Positions 42,901 to 64,000 of a DNA stretch of 64,000 nt are shown here, piece by piece (position 1 is the first letter of the stretch; each line of letters starts with the position of its first letter). Under the pieces are notes generated by a model. The model was not told where the DNA came from. It did not search any database and was given only the letters and a program-made list of their open reading frames with translations. Source of the stretch: Paragordius varius (Eukaryota > Animalia > Nematomorpha); assembly GCA_964247055.1 (NCBI GenBank), contig OZ176056.1, positions 2,294,001-2,358,000 on the forward strand, read 5' to 3'. The translations under genes were made by a program, and so were the position numbers.

Positions 42901-45632
42901 GGCAAAATTTTGCACTTATATAACATTAATAAACCAAAATATATAAAGAATTTTATTTAAAATACTTGATATTACTTATTTTCAGCTAAAACCGAAGGTA
43001 AAAATTTCGTCAACGTGCCATGTGTGAAAAGTATAATTAAAAAATTATTACAAAATAAACCGCTTTTTCTATTTATATCAATTTTAGATGTAATTTAAAT
43101 AAAAAATTAGTTTTAATTTTACTCTTAAAATTAAATTAGGACGATCTTTTGCAAAAATTTTGTAAAATAAAAATGGCGTCGAAGTAGTTTAACATGGAAC
43201 TTTTTATTCAAAACAAAATTTTATTTGGATATTTTGGCATATTTATATAATTTATATTAGGATAGAAGCATAAAAAATTCAGTAGTTTTTTAAAAATCCT
43301 AACTCAAATTTAGTCTGTATTTAGATACCCCAATTTGAATCGAAGTGTTAAATAGATCACAACCTACATAAATAAAGCAAAGCATAATTCTTATAAAAAA
43401 TATTTTCAGATGTAGGGCCTGAAAGTTCTATTTTTTTGCCCTTCTAAATTAAAATTCCGGGATTGAGATAAAAAAGCTAAGTTTTGATATCAACTAATAA
43501 TATTTTTAAAAAATAATATTTAGCAAATGAAGCATACTCATACTATTTTGAGTCATGAAACGGTTTAAAACTTAAACATATCAAAAAAACACGTTCTCTC
43601 TATAATTCGATGGGGCCGTACCTATTTATAATATTAGAAATTAAAATATTCGTCCGTCTTCAAATTTTTGTGAAATAAGTATTGTCTTTTTACACTATTT
43701 TCACAATTTTTTTGAGCAAATGAACCTTTAACATAAGTGATAGAAATTTTCAGCTTTATCGAATTAGAAAAAAGTGTTTTTATAAATTAAAGCTTTTTAA
43801 CCGTTTCCATCATTATAAATAATATGAATTACGCTTCTAAAATTTTTTAAAAATATGCATTATTAAACAAATATATTTAGTTAAATTTAGTATAAATTTA
43901 AAACTTTTATCGCGCAATTCGACCTTTTGCGTTTATGCTAATAGGAGCCCATTTTAAAAGATCAAACGCCAACAAAATAGCAAAAAATATCAGGAGGTGC
44001 TTAATAGGTATTAGGGACAGACTCGAATACTTGTTTAAAATAATTTAAGCATTTGATAAATACAGGAGCTATGAAAAAGGAATCATTTACCTTAACACTT
44101 GGATACAACACACTCATTTTAGTCCTTCGATTCAAATTGGGGTAGTCAAATACCCCAGGCCTGTTTATAATCAAATACTTTAAAAAATATGGAAGGAATC
44201 GAAACCACGGCAAAATTTTGCACCTATCTAACATTAATAAACCTAAATATATAAAAAATTTATTTCAAAAATACTTGATATAACTTATTTTAAGCTAAAA
44301 CCGAAAGGTAAAAGTTTCGTCAACGTGACATGTGTCAAATGGTAAAATTAAAAAATAATACAAAATAAACCGCTTTTTATATTTCTATCAATGTTAGATG
44401 TAATTTATATTAAAAATTAGCTTTAGTTTTACCCTTAAAATTAAATGAAGACGATATTTTGCAAAAATTTTGTAAAATAAAAATGGCGGCGAAGTAGTTT
44501 GAGATGGAACTTTTTTTTCAAAACAAAATTTTATCAAAATATTTTGGCATATTTATGTAATTTTTATCAGGATAGAAGCATAAATTTAAATTGGGACCGT
44601 TTCCCTCAGTAGTTTTTAAAAATAATAAATTAAATTTAGTCTGGGGTATTTAGATACCCCAATTTGAATCGAAGTGTTAATGAATATAAAAACGATAAAA
44701 AATTTATTTATATTTAAACTGAACAGGTGCTCATTTTAAATGAATCAAACTAATAGGGACTTTCCCTTTCATATTCTGCACGGAATGGAACAAAATTGAC
44801 GTGGAAAAAAATTGTTCAGACACTCTTACCGCATTTTTAATTCTAAAAAAATACAAATAATATGCTTGGGCATTTGTATTTTTCCTAGAATTCATCAAAG
44901 CCTACTATGTTAATTATATGAAAAAATTTTACTCGCCTGCACAAAAGCATTATAATATTGTACTAGGAAATATAAAATTTCACTTTGATAAATATTATTT
45001 AGTAATAGTCAACATTTTTTTATTTAATCTAAAGTATAATAATTATATTTAACACTTCCAAATTGGGGTATCTAAATACCCCAGACTAAAGTAAAATTAA
45101 TATTTTTAAAAAACTACTGAAGAAAACGGTCTCAATTTAAATTTATGCTTCTATCCTGATAAAAATTATATAAATATGCCAAATTATCTTGATAAAATTT
45201 TGTTTTGAAAAAAAAGTTCCATCTCAAACTACTTCGACGCCATTTTATTATATAAAAATTTTGCAAAAAATGGTCTTCATTTAATTTTAAGGGTAAAACT
45301 AAAGGTAATTTTTTATATAAATTACATATAACATAGATAGAAATAGAAAAAACGGTTTATTTTGTATTATTTTTTAATTTTACAATTTGACACATGCCAC
45401 GTTGACTAAATTTTTACCTTTCGGTTTTAGCTTAAAATAAGAATTATCAAGTATTTTGGAATAAAATTTTTTATATACTTCGGTTTATTAATGTTATATA
45501 AGTGCAAAATTTTGCCATGGTTTTGATTTCTTCCATATTTTTTAGAGTATTTGATTTAAACAAGCCTGGGGTATCCAACTACCCCAATTCGAATCGAAGG
45601 ACTAAAATGAATGTGTTGTATCCAAGTGTTAA
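39951..45632. mobile_element. Dense cluster of MITE family B (4 complete TTAA-flanked copies plus 4 partial, both orientations)
   Basis: Complete: 41808-42387, 42784-43351, 44092-44680, 45049-45632 (reverse). Partial or degenerate: 39951-~40110, ~40140-40680, 41580-~41800, ~42430-42680. Confidence 0.9.
40795..41159 (-). CDS. Terminal exons of an unidentified minus-strand gene
   Basis: Phase-1/phase-1 exons 41159-41073 and 41012-40857 joined by a 60-nt GT-AG intron, then a 21-nt GTAAGT...CAG segment and a stop at 40795. Peptide: DFTKTLSLNDDELKRVMARCYIKYFPKMTGSSSRMSFLDTEFYRDQYIKKQSLKTMNLISPNNFLCDRHLDVREKCLNLMF.. No family recognised. Confidence 0.45.
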
Positions 45633-45726
45633 TGAACATTTTATTGTTTATATTGCGCACAATTTACAAATCCAATATTTAATTGTTTTCAGTTGCCATT
45701 TTTTCCTAACATCACACCAAATTCAC

Positions 45727-47012
45727 ATGTCATACCGAGACGATCGTAGCAATGGTAGATCAGGTTCATATTAATCTCTCTCTTCTCACTTGTCGCGCAC
45801 ATTTTGGAATACATAAATGATCTTTTTTAAACCTTAAATACCCTTTAACTTTAAACTTGGCTTTGTTGAACGTAACTAACTCATTGAGTTGCATCATAGT
45901 GGTACAACCATTCACATGAAATTTAGTTGTTGTGTGATTATGTTCCCTAAGGTCTGACTTACTTATCATATATAATGTACACTCCTTTAACTCCTTTGTG
46001 TAATGTGTTGAAAAATGCCTAAAGTTTGCACTTATATGATGTGCGTGAGTCTAGTGTATCTCATACGCTAACCTCTTAAAATCCATTTTCTGTTTCATTA
46101 CACTCAAAAAGGTGGTGGTGGCGGCGGCGGCGGAGGATGCTTTACATGCGGCGAAGAAGGCCACATCTCAAGGAATTGCAAACAAAATCGCCGAGGCGAA
46201 AATGGAGACGCTCCTCGATATCGTAAATCAAGTTATTTTTTAACTCATTTTATTCCCTTTTTTATACCTTAAACTATTTTGCATCTATATTCTTTGCTAA
46301 TTATTACTGGTCAAATTTTAAATTTTATTTCTGCATGTACAGACGATATGGAATGTTATAAATGCGGAAAACCAGGTCATATGGCTCGAGATTGCCGTGG
46401 CGGTGGTGGAGGTTTTGGAGTTTTTTATATTTCAATAATTTCAAAATATTTTAAATATTAAATTTCAAATAAATTTTTATTTTTCCAACAACTATTTATA
46501 TTTGAAGATCGAGACCGAAATTACGACTCCCGTCGCGTTTTTAATAATGGAAAACCAACGCTGTTTGTAGCCAATTTACCTGAAGACGGTATTACTGAGA
46601 AAAGACTTAAAGAAATCTTTCCAGATGCCGCTAATTGTCGAGTACCCAATAATTACAAAGGGTATATCTACACTTAACTCTTTCATCTTTAAAGATTATT
46701 GTCATTTAACACTCAGATCACTTTAAGTTTTTTTCGATTTAGTTACCTAACTAATAATTATACATATTTAAAGTTTATTTTAATTTTATATCCAATAGAT
46801 ATGCCTTCATAGAGTACGAGAATGAAAGTGACATGGAACGCGACTTGGACGAGAAACGTGATTACACGCTTGAAGGCAAAACCCTGAGTATTGATCGCTC
46901 CAAAAATAATTCTGGAGGCGGTGGAGGTGGGGGTAGCCGAGGACGGGGCGGAGGAAGTTACGGTGGGGGCGGATATTCTCGCGACAGTGGTCGCCGAAGA
47001 TATGATGATTGA
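45727..47012 (+). CDS. Glycine-rich RNA-binding protein: 2 CCHC zinc knuckles + RRM + RGG tail (~195 aa)
   Basis: Exons 45727-45763, 46112-46222, 46343-46411, 46508-46661, 46799-47012, all phase-consistent. [31 protein letters not shown]2 [11 protein letters not shown]1 KGYAFIEY, tail [15 protein letters not shown]. Confidence 0.92.
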
Positions 47013-47449
47013 AAAACAAGCATATGAGAATACCAAAAAAAATTTTTTTCCCTTTTAAAATATTGCTAAAACTATTATCGATATTGTTACTAACTTTTTT
47101 ATCCATAACATTAAAAGATTCATCGTTCAATATGTAAAATATTGATACTAAATACAAGCAAATTTTTACATAATTCATGGTTTTGTCGACTGTGATATGT
47201 GAAACGCCACGATTTAAATATATGATAGATTCATTTACGCATTTTTACATTGTATATTTGGAAAATGTGTGGTCTTGGAACCAATTTTTGATCTTATTTT
47301 TACTTGATATACATATTTACTTACCATTTTGTCCATTCACTTATATCATACTTTTGTTCGATACATTATTACATAGATATTAAACTGTATTATTCAATAT
47401 TAATACCGATAATAAATGTGTACATAATTTTTACATTTTTTAGCAAAAT

Positions 47450-50400
47450 TTTGCATTAACTAAATGGCAATCTTTAAATTGCTGTTTTTAGTTTTTGATT
47501 CGATCAGGTTTAAAGCTTATCAAATGTTTTTTATTACGACATAGGCGATCCTCTTTAAATTTCAACTGAACCACACCCGTTGTATAAACACCAAAATATA
47601 AACAGAGATTCTTATCATCTTATAATTTATTAAATTAAGCGCTTTTTTAAATTATTAGTAATTGACCCTATCCGAAATAAAATATTTTTCGAAAGAAAAA
47701 AATCCTGCTTTTCAGCTAGCAAGTTTTCACTTCGAAATTCAAAATGAAGCATTAGAATGCCAGAATCACCAAAAAAGTTTCATTATTACTATATTGCTGA
47801 TCGATTTCTATATAATATTCAAAACTATGACACTCACAAAATGCCTACTATTAAGAATTAAGATATCTGCCAAAACTCATTGATAGTGTTTGAATTTAAA
47901 AAGCCCCCTGTAACGCATTTCACAGTATCCACACAATTTTAATGGCGTTGCAAAAATTATGTGTTTATCTGGAAGGTATTCAAAGATTAATATTTTTTCG
48001 TATAAAGGTACTCTAGGTCAGGCTATTTATTTATGTAGTATTAAAATTTACAAAGCTCCTATCAATAAGTATTAACCGCATAAGTAAATACTGACATATT
48101 TCTTGCAACAATTTTTAAAAATGTTTTTTTGTGAATTTCTGCAGTGATCGATATAAAATTCTGAGTTTTGAGAGTAAAAAGTACACAATATTTCCGATAA
48201 TTTTAAATGGGTAGCCAAATGGTTAAATTGTGATACATTTTGGCCTAATATAAGGAACTATTTTCTCAGCTTTTTTAACGGATATACACCTGCTTTTTTG
48301 TGTACGATAAAGTTAAAACAATAAATATGAACTTTCCAATTCATCAGAATTGATATATTTGGGTCTATATTAATAGAGGATGGGTCTTCCACAGTAAGAA
48401 TGGGATTGGGAAAGAGGCGGGGATAATTATACATCAAATTAAAAGAATAAAAATCCATAAAAAATGATTTAAGTTTTGTTCTATCAGAATCACATCTAAG
48501 TGTGAGAAAGAATAAACGTATATTTTATAAAAATTTGGTCATATTATGTGATTTATTCTTAAAAAAGGTAGGTCAAAAACACGAAGCATACCAAATAAGA
48601 TGGCCATAACATAATAAAATTAGTAAAACACACTGACATTGAAAAATTATTATATATAGCGATAAAGTATGGTAAAAAAATCAACGGTCACCACCTATAT
48701 CTACTCACCAATCAAAGGACAATCTGGTTTTGCACTGCGTAATAAGATTCTAATATATAGCAGATAAACTTATGAGAAATAAGGTTTTCCACTGTTTAAT
48801 ATCAGTGACAATAATTATCTTAGTTTATAGAATCCAATAAGAATAAATAGATCAAGATTTGATATGGAGTAAATTTTTTGAGGAAATTTACGGCGAAACA
48901 CAAAAGTATTTAAATAAAAGTACCTTAATGTTAATCCTGTTTCAGAAAATTTAAAATTGAATCAGTATGAATGTATTGATTATAACAATCAAGTCCGTAC
49001 ACCATATTTAAAAAACCACTATAAAATAAATTAAAATAGAGTGGTCATTATAAATACTATACGGACAAAAAATAGAACCAAGCACTGTCATAGGACATAA
49101 TCCTTTAAATTTATTGTAAACACAAACTTTCATGAAAAAAAAACTAAAATTTTACTTGGATATATACATTATTTATCAAGGGCCAGATAAATTAATTCTT
49201 GTTTTTATTTTGAGCATAACCAATACTAAAATAATATAATTAAATTATTTTTACCGAAAACCTCTATTACATATATTGGACATCTTATAAAAAAAATTTT
49301 TTCGGTTGAAATTATTTGCTGTTTCACTTTTAATATTGTTAAATAATTAAATTCCAGCTTTAAAAAAAATTTTTTAAATTTATTCCCAACAGCAAAATAG
49401 GCTACCATTGATTTTTGATTCTAAAAGATGGTAATTGTATTTATAAAAACATTAAACGAAATCAATAGAAATAATTTTATTGGCATAAGCTAGGAGCTCT
49501 AATAGGCATATTTTAAAGAAACTTATCATCTATTATTTAATAACAATATGTATAAATTGAACAATTTCATCTATAAATAAATTTTTGCTTGAATTAGGAT
49601 AATCTTTATTAGGCATTTTCTATAAATGTATATATATATCAAAAAATTTTGCGATTGAATTTTTTAGAATTTACAATTATTGAAATATTAGATAAGAGAA
49701 TAAACCTTATTTCTGTAATGGTAAACAACGGATTGGTTATGTTTTGTAATAACAGTTGTTAAAATCCGTAATATAACTATAAAGGATAATTACCTTATTT
49801 CCATTCAAATATACAAATAATATGAATTAAAAAATAAAGTTTTAAATTTGTAATGTAATTTTTGAAGCGACTGTAAAGATACTATGTTTTAGGGCATTTT
49901 TGTTGGCAAATCAATTATAATTTAATCCCCAAACCAAATATAATATGTCAACACTAGACTCAATTTATTCAAATATAAATATTAATAAAATGAATATATA
50001 ACTTCGAATTCTTGATGTCGTTGAAGAATACTCTTAAACATGGTGTTCCAATTGAAACGATTGCGTTATTTCCATTATGGATCCACATTTTAACCGTTCT
50101 AAAATATTACCATATACATTTTACAACCAGCTTTAAATTAAAACCCTTAGTCGCCAAAAATATGCCATTAAAGCAAATACTTAGTTTTGCAAATATGTGA
50201 ACAAATAACTTTAAAATACATTTCCAATGTAAGAATTTAAACTGTACCAATTAAAGTGTGTTACTTAATATTTAGTATAAAAGTTATAAAGTACATGTGG
50301 AATGTAATTACGGGTAAAAATAATTTTTAATATGCAACCAAATAAATTATAAATGCATTTTTAATTTTTAAATTTTGAACTAATTTACCATCAAAAATTG

Positions 50401-50470
50401 TTAAAATATATTTTCTCTATAACGTATAAAGCACATGTAATCGACTATTTTAAAAGCGGTCAAAATCATG
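47450..50470 (-). other. Candidate compact, highly diverged gene or pseudogene with short introns
   Basis: Chains of open frames bounded by short GT-AG segments, e.g. ~49620-49255 (KMPNKDYPN..IDEI / MISFFKICLLELLAYANKIISIDF / NQKSMVAYFAVGN..), ~48500-48332, ~47620-47460 (22-nt intron). I could not join them into one stop-free model. Confidence 0.3.
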
Positions 50471-50552
50471 GCTTAACTTTCTTACTTTTTGAATATTTTA
50501 TTAATTTAAATATATTGGAAAATATAAAATAAATAATACCATCTAGAAGCCT

Positions 50553-51074
50553 TTAAAGATCTAAATCAATTTTAGTGATTAGTTGGTTCAATTGTTGTGT
50601 TTGATACGTGCTTGGTTGTTTAATAATACCTTCTCGTTTTAGATCATTTAATATCTTAAGTATAAAATAATTAAAACTTTTTCGATTCGAACTAAAAGGT
50701 TTGAAAGAGTTATTTTATCATTGTCAGGCTTTTGAGGCATAAAAGCCATATTTATATCCGATATTAAACCTTCTAATATATGCTTAATGCTGTTATAATA
50801 ATAATAAATACTTAACATTTAAATCGGTTTTCTTTTTAAGTATCATTTCAAAATATCCCTGATAAGTGGCCAACTAAATATCAATTTGTTAATTACTTGT
50901 GATGATATTTCAGAAGCTTTCAAAACACCGTCTTTAAAACCAGCCTTTGTTCCTGCACTTATTCCTTTTAAAGATCCTTCAATGTGCCCTTTATCATAAT
51001 GCCTAAACAATAATTTTATTATAAATATGCTACATTTCCTCAGACATACAAATATCTTCGAATTCAAAATTCAT
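50553..51074 (-). CDS. LTO1: LTO1/ORAOV1 (Yae1_N-domain ABCE1 maturation factor), 140 aa
   Basis: Exons 51074-51034, 51002-50897, 50873-50812, 50789-50678, 50654-50553 give MNFEFEDICMSEEMHYDKGHIEGSLKGISAGTKAGFKDGVLKASEISSQLATYQGYFEM..HILEGLISDI..LLVRIEK. From memory this matches the ORAOV1 pattern (FDAIVMADE..GYREG..G..HG..IGSEIGCYQGF..VLESLI). Confidence 0.85.
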
Positions 51075-51171
51075 GATGATACTATTTTGCGTATAACTCA
51101 GCTTGTATCGTGTCCAATTGAAACCGGAATAAGATACTGAATTTAGAAATATTTGCAAGTTTTTTTGAAAA
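51075..51171. promoter_or_regulatory. Putative bidirectional promoter / 5' UTRs between LTO1 and eRF1
   Basis: Only 97 bp separate the two divergent ATGs. The call is inferred from geometry; no motif was identified. Confidence 0.6.
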
Positions 51172-63440
<12,269 letters not shown>

Positions 63441-64000
63441 GGAGAGAGCTATATACATACATTGTTGCAAAAAATGCGTTTTTCGTTGATCTAAATGTGG
63501 TTTTTATCGCAAAAAAAGCTTATAAACGATAAAAAACTCGCCTGAAAACCATACAATATATTGGATGGGATTTTTATATGACAGTATGTGTAAATACCTT
63601 TTAAAAATGCGAATTTATCATGAGTGTAATTATAAATTTCCTGTACATTTTTGAAAATATATACAATACCCATTATCTTTTATCTTCCATATTTTCAATA
63701 ATATTAACGCATTTTTTCCAAACTTACCATACAACGTATATGATTTTTCTATGTGAGAATGATTTAATATTAATTATTATTTTGTGTAAATATTTTTTAC
63801 AATAAATTTGTAAATTATGTTATAACTTTACATCCAATTATTAAATAATATATTATGATCAATAATTTATATAATCAATCATATCTTTATTTTTTTTTTA
63901 ATTCAAAAATTATTGTTAAAAAACCAGCATGTGCAAAAAATAAATATATAATTTCCTTTTATATTCTGTATCTAATATATATATATATATATATATATGC

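Noticed and set aside
39947-45774. Short ORFs sharing 'RPGVSNYPNLNRKTKMNVLYPSVK'
   Set aside because: Chance frames inside MITE B copies; no transposase similarity recognised.
47460-49620. Semaphorin-like assignment for the minus-strand candidate (LYFGVYTTGVVQL; GLCP)
   Set aside because: The resemblance is only a few residues and the frames could not be joined; not supportable without an HMM search.

Overview
Very AT-rich, intron-containing metazoan genomic DNA; the lineage cannot be assigned from this window. Gene models were built by hand and checked for GT-AG and phase: (1) the 3' part of an ADAM12/meltrin-type metalloprotease (+, 1230-18626; 5' end lies outside the window); (2) a complete PDE3-type cyclic-nucleotide phosphodiesterase (-, 20034-37090); (3) tRNA-Leu(CAG); (4) a small 2xCCHC-knuckle + RRM + RGG protein (+, 45727-47012); (5) LTO1/ORAOV1 (-, 50553-51074), which needs introns of only 31, 23, 22 and 23 nt; (6) eRF1/ETF1 (+, 51172-63440), head-to-head with LTO1. 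There are also two poorly resolved minus-strand gene candidates, at least five MITE families and a degenerate Ty3/gypsy gag pair. The main unexplained signal recurs in six introns of three unrelated genes: the intron begins with tandem copies of [last ~25-90 nt of the upstream exon + its 5' splice site + start of the intron]. In the larger arrays the exon-derived part differs from the real exon mostly at synonymous positions, and the donor GT is almost always kept. That looks like protein- and splice-level constraint on sequence that should be intronic.
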